In this document: positions 45,383-53,939 of the stretch, in pieces
Layout: every line of letters begins with the position of its first letter
Numbering within the stretch: the first letter of the stretch is position 1
Assembly: GCA_937996685.1 (NCBI GenBank)
Contig: CALKUP010000006.1
Location: 64,001-128,000, forward strand
Reading direction: 5' to 3'
Length of the DNA stretch: 64,000 nt
Origin: an uncultured bacterium
Lineage (GTDB): Bacteria > Patescibacteriota > Patescibacteriia > UBA9570 > XYC2-FULL-38-9
Made by a program: the position numbers and the translations under genes
The notes under the pieces: model-generated
Told to the model about the DNA's origin: nothing
The model's database searches: none
Seen by the model: only the letters and a program-made list of their open reading frames with translations

Positions 45383-46558
45383 ATGCGCTATAAAAAAGGT
45401 TTATTTGGCTTTTCCGCAGATCCGATTACACTCGGACATCTTGATGTTATTCAAAAAAGCCTAGAGCACTGCGAGAAACTGGTTGTACTAGTTGCGAATA
45501 ATCCGAAAAAAAAGGCGGAGTACACATTTTCCCTTGAAGAGCGCGACGCGTTAACACGAGCCACTATTGAAACGTTGCCACACGAACTCCAAACACGCAT
45601 TACTGTTATTACTACACCTGGACTTCTGATTGATGTCTATCTCACGGAAGATTGTGATGTAATTGTGCGCGGTATCCGTAATAGCCACGACGAACTATTT
45701 GAGAACGAACAACGCAGCCTCTACACTGTCATGCTCCCTACGCTGTCAGATCGATTTCTCTACATCGAAGCTAATCCAGTGTATAGCGCGATTTCATCGT
45801 CATGGGTCAAAGAACTCGTGCGATCACATGTTGACGTGAGCGCGCTTGTGCCGCTTGTTGTTAAAGCCGCGCTTGAATTTCGTATCCACGAACAAAAATT
45901 CATCGGCGTCACAGGACCCATCGCCAGCGGCAAAACCACTGCAGCCCGCGCGCTTGTGAATCACCTCACAAACCTTTCGATTGATGCGCATCATATTGCA
46001 ATTGACGATCTCGTGCGCGCACTCTACGAAGAAGATTCACTCGGAGCACAAGCTGTGAGAAACCAAATCATTGCACGCTTTGGACAAGACATTGCTGAAC
46101 ATAACAACACAGCAATCAATACACACGCATTAACACGTGCGCTATTTTCCGGAACTCCAGAAACAGTCGCTGAGCATCGCGCTTTTCTTGAAACACTCAC
46201 TGCACCGCATGTGATGCGACTCTTTCGAAACGCAGTGCATGGTAAGTCTGGATTTTTTTTCGTTGAATGGAGCGACTATGTTTCACAAAATCTTTTACCG
46301 CTCGTGAATAATACAGTTATTCTGATTGACACCGATGATGACACTCGCGCGCACTACGCAACGCAGCGCGGCATTGAACCAGAACTATTTGCAGCAATCA
46401 ACAACACCCAGCGCACAACCGCAGAAATGCACACATTCATACAACATGCACACACTGCCGGCACGCACGGACGATGCATTGTTATGAATCAAGAAACACC
46501 AGAAGACGCTGTGATTGAGCACATTCTTTCAATCCAATCACTCCCCTTTACTTCATAG
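45383..46558 (+). CDS. coaD: Fused phosphopantetheine adenylyltransferase (CoaD) and dephospho-CoA kinase (CoaE)-like domain
   Basis: SADPITLGHLDVI, NPKK..TFSLEER, VRGIRN, ISSSWVKEL; then IGVTGPIASGKTT, DDLVRALY, I..RFG. Confidence 0.85.
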   Translation: MRYKKGLFGFSADPITLGHLDVIQKSLEHCEKLVVLVANNPKKKAEYTFSLEERDALTRATIETLPHELQTRITVITTPGLLIDVYLTEDCDVIVRGIRNSHDELFENEQRSLYTVMLPTLSDRFLYIEANPVYSAISSSWVKELVRSHVDVSALVPLVVKAALEFRIHEQKFIGVTGPIASGKTTAARALVNHLTNLSIDAHHIAIDDLVRALYEEDSLGAQAVRNQIIARFGQDIAEHNNTAINTHALTRALFSGTPETVAEHRAFLETLTAPHVMRLFRNAVHGKSGFFFVEWSDYVSQNLLPLVNNTVILIDTDDDTRAHYATQRGIEPELFAAINNTQRTTAEMHTFIQHAHTAGTHGRCIVMNQETPEDAVIEHILSIQSLPFTS

Positions 46559-46574
46559 CGCGTACACACACCTC

Positions 46575-46616
46575 TTGACATGCTATGTGCATTATACTAT
46601 TTTATACATAGTATAA
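46575..46616 (+). promoter_or_regulatory. PadR promoter with overlapping inverted-repeat operator
   Basis: TTGACA-N17-TATTTT; inverted repeat TTATACTAT-N7-ATAGTATAA (46592-46616). Confidence 0.65.
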
Positions 46617-46639
46617 ATAACAAGGTATTTTTGAATCAT

Positions 46640-46978
46640 ATGCAATTTTCTAAAGGACTTTTAGTTGGCGCTGCGGAATTGATTGTTCTGCATGTGCTCA
46701 AAACAAAAAAAGAAAGTTACGGCTACGAACTCATTCGTGCGATCTCCCAGGAAAGCGAAGGAATCTTTGACTTTGAAGAAGGAACACTCTATCCCCTGTT
46801 GTACCGACTTGAACAAAAAGGATTGATCGAAAGTGAAACAAAAAAGGCACCGAGTGGCAAAAAACGTCGCTACTATAAACTCACAACAACAGGCACCGCC
46901 TCATTGAAAGAGCGGAAAAAAGAAATGACGTTTTTCTTCAAAGGCCTTGAACACGTCTTGCAATCACAATCTGCATAA
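46640..46978 (+). CDS. PadR family transcriptional regulator
   Basis: YGYEL, EGTLYPLLYRLE..GLI, RRYYKLT..G. Confidence 0.95.
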   Translation: MQFSKGLLVGAAELIVLHVLKTKKESYGYELIRAISQESEGIFDFEEGTLYPLLYRLEQKGLIESETKKAPSGKKRRYYKLTTTGTASLKERKKEMTFFFKGLEHVLQSQSA

Positions 46979-46984
46979 TTGCGT

Positions 46985-48727
46985 ATGTCGTCTCCTACTC
47001 AAAAATTTTTTGCAGAGTTAGAAGAACTCTCATTTGTTGATGAAGCATACAAACAGCGTTTCATTGAAGAACTCCATGACCACATCGAAGACTCGATACA
47101 CGATGCGGATGTACGCGGCATTGACGACCTCAACGCCGAACAAACTGCGATCCAAAGACTTGGAGCACCAAAAAAATTACAAAAGAATTTTAATCGTATG
47201 ATGAAGCCACAACGACTACAAACACTCCTCTTATGTATTCTTCAGTTCGTTGGAACAGTGAGCGTCACATATGCCTCCCTGATTCCATTTGGTGGGATTG
47301 CTGACAGCGTTGTCAATGTCGCACGATATTTGACTGGCAGGCCGTATGTGCTTGATTACCCAAATCTTTCTTCAAGCATCACACTCTTTGTAATAGGCCT
47401 CGGGGTACTCGGTATTCTACAAATTATTATTTTCCAAACAGCGTTGTTTTCTCTACTCAGTCAAGACATGAAGCGTAGTGTGTTTTGGTTTATGTATATT
47501 TTTATGGCTGGCGCTCCTGGTGTACTTGTCATTTTTAGCTCACTCATCACACCCCTCCTTGGAATCCCTTTTGAATTTTGGACAGATCAAATTCGTGGTC
47601 TTGCGCCACAATACGCCATTACATTCATTTGTGCCCTAATGTTTCTCACAATCTGTTTTACACTTGCAGCTATTGGCGTCATCGCGCGCCTAAATAATTC
47701 GTCATTCTTTTTACAACTTGTTGGACATCTTCCGGATTCAATCAACCGCCCAATCACACAACTCTTCACACGCTATCGCGTTTTTTCACATCTGAATACA
47801 GTCAATATTTTTGGCGTACTCAGCATCTTGTACCTCTTGTTTTGGCTCATGGTATCACTTTTTCCAGACCTACAAGCATTCTTACAATCAGGGAATCAAT
47901 ACATAATGAATGAGACGGACCCACGGATTTGGTGGCTGATTTTTGTCATGCCAATCATGATTATTTCTGCAATACAAACCCTCACCATCTCTTCATTGTT
48001 TACCACCCTTTCACCAATTCATGGCATCTGGGCAGCCGGCTTCATTTATAGCGGACTTTTCATGCTCAGTATTGCGCTCATTATCATTAGTCTTCGAAAA
48101 CAAAAAATCAAAACAATGCAGTCATTTTGGGTGGCAAGCGTTCTTGCGCTCACATGTACCATGGTTCTGACAAATCGCTTTCCGAACAACTCATGGGACA
48201 ACCCAAACAATCAGACCCAGTGGGAGCGCCCAGCAAAAAACCTCTCAGTGAAAATAGACAAAAAAGTGTTTGGACCATTTTACATGCTCTATAATAGCAC
48301 GAGCTTGTTTACTCCTATTCCAGCAAGTCAAATACTTGTTGATACAACAGGTGATTTTTTTGTCATTCAAACAGCTCTTGGATCAGAGTTTATGTTGGAA
48401 TTTACTGATGCAAATAGACTCAAAATGGTACACAGACACACAGAAAACACAATGCGGAATGTTGAAAAAAATCTTGCAACAGCAATTCCAAAAGAACTCA
48501 AAGATCGTATTTATTGTGGGGAAAAAACAATAGACACAACTGGGGATATATTTTCAGATGGTACGCCAGCGTACTTTTGTACATCATTACAAATTGATAA
48601 TACACTCGTTGCAAGCGGCGGCTCAATTGGACTGTTGGACGTCGCGATTAGTCCTGATAACTCCACCGCACTGATTGTTACGACAGAAAATGGAAAGCCT
48701 CAAGTCTACCGCGTTAGTTTGAAATAG
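46985..48727 (+). CDS. PadR-associated polytopic membrane protein with N-terminal HAAS/permease-prefix domain
   Basis: EEL.DHIED...AEQ.AI.RLG.P motif, about 9 TM, soluble C-terminal domain. Confidence 0.7.
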   Translation: MSSPTQKFFAELEELSFVDEAYKQRFIEELHDHIEDSIHDADVRGIDDLNAEQTAIQRLGAPKKLQKNFNRMMKPQRLQTLLLCILQFVGTVSVTYASLIPFGGIADSVVNVARYLTGRPYVLDYPNLSSSITLFVIGLGVLGILQIIIFQTALFSLLSQDMKRSVFWFMYIFMAGAPGVLVIFSSLITPLLGIPFEFWTDQIRGLAPQYAITFICALMFLTICFTLAAIGVIARLNNSSFFLQLVGHLPDSINRPITQLFTRYRVFSHLNTVNIFGVLSILYLLFWLMVSLFPDLQAFLQSGNQYIMNETDPRIWWLIFVMPIMIISAIQTLTISSLFTTLSPIHGIWAAGFIYSGLFMLSIALIIISLRKQKIKTMQSFWVASVLALTCTMVLTNRFPNNSWDNPNNQTQWERPAKNLSVKIDKKVFGPFYMLYNSTSLFTPIPASQILVDTTGDFFVIQTALGSEFMLEFTDANRLKMVHRHTENTMRNVEKNLATAIPKELKDRIYCGEKTIDTTGDIFSDGTPAYFCTSLQIDNTLVASGGSIGLLDVAISPDNSTALIVTTENGKPQVYRVSLK

Positions 48728-48743
48728 CAACACCCAAATCACA

Positions 48744-49418
48744 TTATATTTTCTTTGGATCTAGTAAATCTTTATTTGGTATTTTGCGCAAATAATACAC
48801 GACCGTTGGATACAGAATGCACACTAACGAAAGAGCAAAAACAGCATTTCCAAAATGCCGCGTATTACACCACCATAATATCAACAGCAATACAGATAAC
48901 GGCCCAAAAATAATCCAGTGTTTTCGTATATACGCCGCCCAACGATAGACCGGCTTATTGAACAAGTTCGATGTTGAAAGAGAAACAAAGACAGGCACCA
49001 TGATACTTGTTGTGTCAAATAGCTCGAATGAATCAAATGTGATTAATATATACAGAAAAATAGGGATAATCATATTTCTTTGGAGCGTTACGGTATATGC
49101 ATCCTCGTCAACACCAGTGACTTCTGGAAAGAAGGAACATGTGATTACACACAAACAATACAAAGCTAGGTAATATGCCGACCAATGAACATCTAAAAAT
49201 GTAGTCACCAGTCCAACTAACAATGCCCCACGAACAATCACCTCCTTGAGATACGGCCATGTCATCAATGGACGCAACTCACTTATTGTGTGATTTTGCG
49301 CATAAAAATAATACACCCTCGTCAAAGAATCAGCGAGCAAGAAAAATCCTAAAACAATACACATCCATCGAAATACGACAGCAGTGGCGTCCAAAATAGA
49401 GAGAGCGCTATCAATCAT
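48744..49418 (-). CDS. Hypothetical AT-rich membrane protein (~7 TM), candidate immunity protein
   Basis: 224-aa hydrophobic ORF overlapping the upstream stop. Confidence 0.65.
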   Translation of the reverse strand: MIDSALSILDATAVVFRWMCIVLGFFLLADSLTRVYYFYAQNHTISELRPLMTWPYLKEVIVRGALLVGLVTTFLDVHWSAYYLALYCLCVITCSFFPEVTGVDEDAYTVTLQRNMIIPIFLYILITFDSFELFDTTSIMVPVFVSLSTSNLFNKPVYRWAAYIRKHWIIFGPLSVLLLILWWCNTRHFGNAVFALSLVCILYPTVVYYLRKIPNKDLLDPKKI

Positions 49419-49719
49419 ATATTTGTTGAATTAATCTTTTTTGAATAAAACGATTTTTGATTATCCAAAACGCGCCGTGTAGTAGGATCACGAAAAAAAA
49501 TAGCGGTAATCCATACACACCAAATAATGCCACATCGGCTCCACCAAGAGCATATTCATCCGCAATAAGGCCTGCGTGAAACAAATCCACCGCAAGAATT
49601 GCAATAAACAACAACACACATGACTGAGTGTATTTCCATACAGTTGTTGTGTTAGTTGCGTAGACTTTTTGAAGCAAGACTGCTGCGAACGCGATAATAA
49701 GAATAAGGAGTGTATTCAT
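49411..49719 (-). CDS. Hypothetical AT-rich membrane protein (3 TM), candidate immunity protein
   Basis: Hydrophobic ORF with basic tail; alternative start 49731. Confidence 0.65.
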   Translation of the reverse strand: MNTLLILIIAFAAVLLQKVYATNTTTVWKYTQSCVLLFIAILAVDLFHAGLIADEYALGGADVALFGVYGLPLFFFVILLHGAFWIIKNRFIQKRLIQQIYD

Positions 49720-49748
49720 AAATATGACCATTCGTTAACAATATGTTA

Positions 49749-50201
49749 TCACGAAATGTTTTTTTGAAAGAGTAGATATTTCAAAATATAAAATAGAACA
49801 AGAATCATTCCAAGATATAAAATATCTTTGATATCGAATGGATACAGCGCATAAGTGACTCCAAAGATGAAAAATGCGGAGGTTGTTTCAAAAAAATGAG
49901 GATCTTTTTTAAAAAACGTGTACTGAAGCCATGCTGCGTATCCAATAACACCTACAAATATCCAAATAATATTTGTAACATACATAAACACGGCTAACAG
50001 CGCAAAAACTAATGCATGTACACGCACTGCAGATTTTTTAAGACCCTTAATATTTACAGGTATAAAAAACCACAGACTCAAAAAACCAGTTACAACAGAC
50101 AATGCTGTTAAAAGGGTTGGGTTATAAAAATAAGCAACCCCTAAAACACCGCCAAACAAACCTCCTAAAAATACATTTTCTATTCTCTTTTGAATTTTCA
50201 T
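49749..50201 (-). CDS. Hypothetical AT-rich membrane protein (5-6 TM), candidate immunity protein
   Basis: 150-aa hydrophobic ORF, 2 nt after the upstream stop. Confidence 0.65.
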   Translation of the reverse strand: MKIQKRIENVFLGGLFGGVLGVAYFYNPTLLTALSVVTGFLSLWFFIPVNIKGLKKSAVRVHALVFALLAVFMYVTNIIWIFVGVIGYAAWLQYTFFKKDPHFFETTSAFFIFGVTYALYPFDIKDILYLGMILVLFYILKYLLFQKNIS

Positions 50202-50203
50202 AA

Positions 50204-50434
50204 CTACCCTTTTGTATTTTTAGCGTATAAGTACCAGGCACATACAAAGCAGCTTATTGCTGAAAATATTTTAACCGTTGTATATACATCCCAATTATCG
50301 GCCCCGATTTCTACTGCGACTCGAAACAAAAAGAATAATCCCCACAAAATAACCGCTGAAATCTTCTTATCGAAAATAATTGCCCCGAGAATCAACGCGA
50401 AAAAAATGTAAGAGACAAGGCTATAAAAAATCAT
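50204..50434 (-). CDS. Hypothetical small membrane protein (3 TM), candidate immunity protein
   Basis: 76 aa from MIFYSL. Confidence 0.6.
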   Translation of the reverse strand: MIFYSLVSYIFFALILGAIIFDKKISAVILWGLFFLFRVAVEIGADNWDVYTTVKIFSAISCFVCAWYLYAKNTKG

Positions 50435-50479
50435 ATTATCAACAATTATATCCCCACTTAGGCAGAGCAATCGGTGTTT

Positions 50480-50674
50480 TTATGATTGATACACTTCCTT
50501 AGTAACTGTCAGTATCAGCACTGACATTATAGATATGACAATTTTTTCAATCAACCACTCTCCTCTCACATCAATAAATTCAAAGAGAAAAAAGGTACAA
50601 AGCACACTTACAATCATTAGCGCGATAAATAATCCAGCACAATAGAGAATGCGATATAATGTATTTTTTTTCAT
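50480..50674 (-). CDS. Hypothetical small membrane protein (2 TM), candidate cognate immunity protein
   Basis: 64 aa, 24 nt downstream of the precursor stop. Confidence 0.6.
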   Translation of the reverse strand: MKKNTLYRILYCAGLFIALMIVSVLCTFFLFEFIDVRGEWLIEKIVISIMSVLILTVTKEVYQS

Positions 50675-50698
50675 ACGAAGTTTAAAATCATCGCGCTG

Positions 50699-51745
50699 CT
50701 ATGCACGTAAACGAACAATACCTTTTATTGCATTTGTTAACTGCCTCACCATTGCCCCTTTTAATGACGGGGGTATAAGCCTTGAAACAACTGGACCAAA
50801 AACCACACCCCCAGCACATGACCAAGCAGCATCTTGCAATCTTTGATTCCAGTACCAATCCTGATTATGGACAGCTGCTCTAACGCCTGCGATTCCTAAA
50901 TCTTGAATTGCCGAACTTGCACACATCGCAGTCGCCCAGCCAACGTAACCAGCAACAACCGCATACCAATACGGATCAGCATTTACAGGATACACCACGC
51001 CTTCCACATTGTGAATGACATGTTGCGTCAGAGTTTGACCATCTGTTGTAAACCAAGTTTGCAACACCATGCCGTTGGCATCTTTTGCCCATGGAACATC
51101 AACCGTTGCAATCACATCTCCGTTCGCATCTAACACCACTGCACCGCCTTCTTCTGTGAGTTCAATATGTCCACCATTTGGAACAGTCACGGTATATGGA
51201 TATTCCGCTGGAGCTCCCGCGTTATCAATAATCGTTAGCATGCGCACTCCGCCATCTTCCGTTGCTTGAACAGCGCTTGCAGAACCGTTACTGGCTGGAT
51301 ACGCAACTGTTCCATCCGCAACAACTGCAGCGTCACTTGCAGCGGCAGCATTTGGCAAAGAGATTTCAATCGCTGGCGCATCTCCACCAGAAAGCGTCAC
51401 ACCATCTTCTGGGTTGCGTGGAATTTCAACAGTCGTTGCCGCCACTTCCCCTTCCGCGCCGTCTGCTGCAACCGTTGCAACAATCGCTGAGTCCGCATCT
51501 GATGTTGTTGCAACATCGCTAGACTCCTCTGCAATACTCGGTATTGCCGACAATGATTCTGCAACTTCATTTGCGCTCACAGTCCGATTATTATCCGTTT
51601 GTGGGTCCGCAGACACGTCCACAGCCGGGGCTGCATCAACAACGCTTGCTGGCGCTTCTTGCGCATATACCGCTCCTGGAAAAACCACCAAGGCACTGAA
51701 GAATGCTGTTGTTGCGAATGACAACAACGTATGTGTGTATTTCAT
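50699..51745 (-). CDS. Secreted precursor: signal peptide, acidic beta pro-domain ending YPVNADP, 90-aa cationic helical tip (putative polymorphic toxin/bacteriocin)
   Basis: MKYTHTLLSFATTAFFSALVVFPGAVYA|QE; AP.EY, PWAKDANG, T.F..DG.TL.Q...H, YPVNADP; tip YWYAVVAG...IKGIVRLRA. Confidence 0.7.
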   Translation of the reverse strand: MKYTHTLLSFATTAFFSALVVFPGAVYAQEAPASVVDAAPAVDVSADPQTDNNRTVSANEVAESLSAIPSIAEESSDVATTSDADSAIVATVAADGAEGEVAATTVEIPRNPEDGVTLSGGDAPAIEISLPNAAAASDAAVVADGTVAYPASNGSASAVQATEDGGVRMLTIIDNAGAPAEYPYTVTVPNGGHIELTEEGGAVVLDANGDVIATVDVPWAKDANGMVLQTWFTTDGQTLTQHVIHNVEGVVYPVNADPYWYAVVAGYVGWATAMCASSAIQDLGIAGVRAAVHNQDWYWNQRLQDAAWSCAGGVVFGPVVSRLIPPSLKGAMVRQLTNAIKGIVRLRA

Positions 51746-51889
51746 ATTGTGAAATAAATAATTATACCTATTGTAATTATAAAAAACCTGCGTGAATTCT
51801 GTATATGGCAGATTTGCGCCGTCTGGGGACAAGTCGTTTTTGGTGCTAATATTAGATATCCAAAAAAACAAAAACGCCTGTTTTGACGT

Positions 51890-52549
51890 TTAGCGCTCTA
51901 TTGTTGACGCAATGAGCAGGCCATGACCAACTGAATCGATCACTGTCTTGTACTCCGCATTATCAGAAAACAGAGAAATAAAATCTGTCATCACAGCGTT
52001 GTATTTCACAACATCATCCGCAAGAATCAAATGCGTACGCGACAATTGCGGTTGCAGCAACTGGTAGTACTGCGCATAATTTTTTTTGTCTGCGTCAAAA
52101 AACACCGCATCGATTTTCTCTTCGCCGACCAGCTCTGACAACTGGTTCAGTGCATCACGCACACCACTTTCGTAATATGTAACACGATCAATCACTCCAG
52201 CGCGGGTTGCGAAATCGCGCGCCATTGCTTGCTTTTCGTGCGACGAATCAATCGTAATCACTCGGCCGCCGTATTCTTTGGCAGCAAGCGCGAGCCACAA
52301 CGTTGAATATCCAGCAGATGTTCCAAGCTCCAGGATAATCTTCGGCTGGTGTTGTAAGATTGCTACATACAGCGCCTCCCCTGTTTCGCGTGACACCGCC
52401 CACAGCCGCACGGTATGCATCACACCTTTCGCAATCAGCTTTGGATTCTGCGTTGCCGGCAGTTGCACCTCATAGGTTTTATCAAGCTCTTCTACTTCTC
52501 GTAAAACATCTTGCACAGCAACTGGAAGCTTAGAAAAAATACTATTCAT
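51890..52549 (-). CDS. Class I SAM-dependent O-methyltransferase (YrrM/COMT-like)
   Basis: ILELGTSAGYSTLWLA, FFDADKKNY, LADDV. Confidence 0.88.
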   Translation of the reverse strand: MNSIFSKLPVAVQDVLREVEELDKTYEVQLPATQNPKLIAKGVMHTVRLWAVSRETGEALYVAILQHQPKIILELGTSAGYSTLWLALAAKEYGGRVITIDSSHEKQAMARDFATRAGVIDRVTYYESGVRDALNQLSELVGEEKIDAVFFDADKKNYAQYYQLLQPQLSRTHLILADDVVKYNAVMTDFISLFSDNAEYKTVIDSVGHGLLIASTIER

Positions 52550-52767
52550 AGACCCTGAATTTCAAAGACTTTTCGAGTCGCGGTATGCCCACGGACTAAT
52601 TGCACACTGGCTTTCGGTACAGAAAAATACGCCGCGAGGGCTACGCACGCCGCTTCATTCGCCTTGCCGTCTTCCCGAATTGCTCGCACACGAATAACAT
52701 AGACATCGTCGCGAACAACAACTGACTCAGAACGTGCCCCAGCGATAATTTTTGCGGAAATCATCAT
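52546..52767 (-). CDS. DUF167 (YggU) family protein
   Basis: DGKANEA...LAAYF.VPK..V.LVRG.T...KVFEI. Confidence 0.9.
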   Translation of the reverse strand: MMISAKIIAGARSESVVVRDDVYVIRVRAIREDGKANEAACVALAAYFSVPKASVQLVRGHTATRKVFEIQGL

Positions 52768-53930
52768 AGATCAAACAAGGTGTCATTGACGATCTCGTGG
52801 AGCAATTGCTGAAACAGCGCAACGCGTTCTTGTTTTTGCTCATACGGAACTTCCACACGCGCAATTGTGTCAGCATAGAGTGACCCCAAAATTCGTTCAA
52901 GCAACGCCGCCATTTGAATACCCTTTTCAAGAACCAGTGCCTGACGAACATCAGGAGTCACACTCACTTGTTCGGACTCATCCATGAACCGCGTCACTTC
53001 TGTATTATACGCCGATATCCAATCAATCACCCGCTGCCGATATGCGGCGTACGAAATAATTCCGTGCTCTGCTTGCGCTTGAATGCGCTGCTGCGACGGA
53101 TCTTCATGATGCGCAATTGCCGTAATGTTCACATGCTCGCCACCAAACTCCATCAATACATCTGCCCAAATCATAAACGCAAATTCATAGCCACGCGGAA
53201 ACAGCGCCATATGCCCAAAATCCGTAATCCAAAAATTTCCAGTCGCGGAGTTAATGTGAATTTCATTTGGTTTAAAATGACCATGACACCAATACAACGG
53301 TTGATTCGCAAACGCAGTTTCAATCATTCCGAGTGCTGTCTGTATATCTTCCTGCAACACTTCTGTAAGGAGGGCATCTTTTCCTTGCTGTACATATTCC
53401 GCATCTGCTGCCTCTGCCATCTTTTTCCAACTAGTTATACGCAATGCGTGAAACTCTGCACCAGAAATACTGCCACCATCTTTTATATAGCGCTTATCTA
53501 TTTTACCAATTGGCCACGGCGACATCAAAGACATGTGTGATCGATATTCAAAAAATGCTTGTAAAAATTCTTGACGCTGTCTGTCATTTAAAGGCGATGT
53601 AAACATCTGCGCTGTTTCTGGAACACGCTCCATAATCATCCAGCCAGACTCACTCGACTCAACTTCATATGCAAACAATTCTGGAACATGCATTCGAGAA
53701 CTAGCATTCCCGCTTGCAAATTCAAGCGCGTTTTCTGGCTGACGCACCAATTGCCTCCCTGTCTTGTTATATATTTTAAACACCGCCGGCTGTCCTTTAT
53801 ACACACCACCATACACCAAACTCCGTGGACTCCCATCATATGTTGTAGCAAATTGCAAGGTTGAATCAACAATAAAACCAGTCTTTTGTATAATTTCTTT
53901 AGCATGATTTTCCAAGGTAGTTCCAGGCAT
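52764..53930 (-). CDS. APH/choline kinase-like phosphotransferase fold protein with atypical catalytic loop
   Basis: AVFK, VPELF, MIMERV, HGHFKPNE, TDFGH, YEFA. Confidence 0.65.
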   Translation of the reverse strand: MPGTTLENHAKEIIQKTGFIVDSTLQFATTYDGSPRSLVYGGVYKGQPAVFKIYNKTGRQLVRQPENALEFASGNASSRMHVPELFAYEVESSESGWMIMERVPETAQMFTSPLNDRQRQEFLQAFFEYRSHMSLMSPWPIGKIDKRYIKDGGSISGAEFHALRITSWKKMAEAADAEYVQQGKDALLTEVLQEDIQTALGMIETAFANQPLYWCHGHFKPNEIHINSATGNFWITDFGHMALFPRGYEFAFMIWADVLMEFGGEHVNITAIAHHEDPSQQRIQAQAEHGIISYAAYRQRVIDWISAYNTEVTRFMDESEQVSVTPDVRQALVLEKGIQMAALLERILGSLYADTIARVEVPYEQKQERVALFQQLLHEIVNDTLFDL

Positions 53931-53939
53931 ACGCCAATA

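Noticed and set aside
51746-51889. c-di-GMP-I riboswitch upstream of the precursor (GGCGCAAA) and the 42-aa ORF extension
   Set aside because: Lacks the GGCAAAC...GAAA P2 hairpin and P3 pattern; the signal peptide starts at MKYTH (51745)
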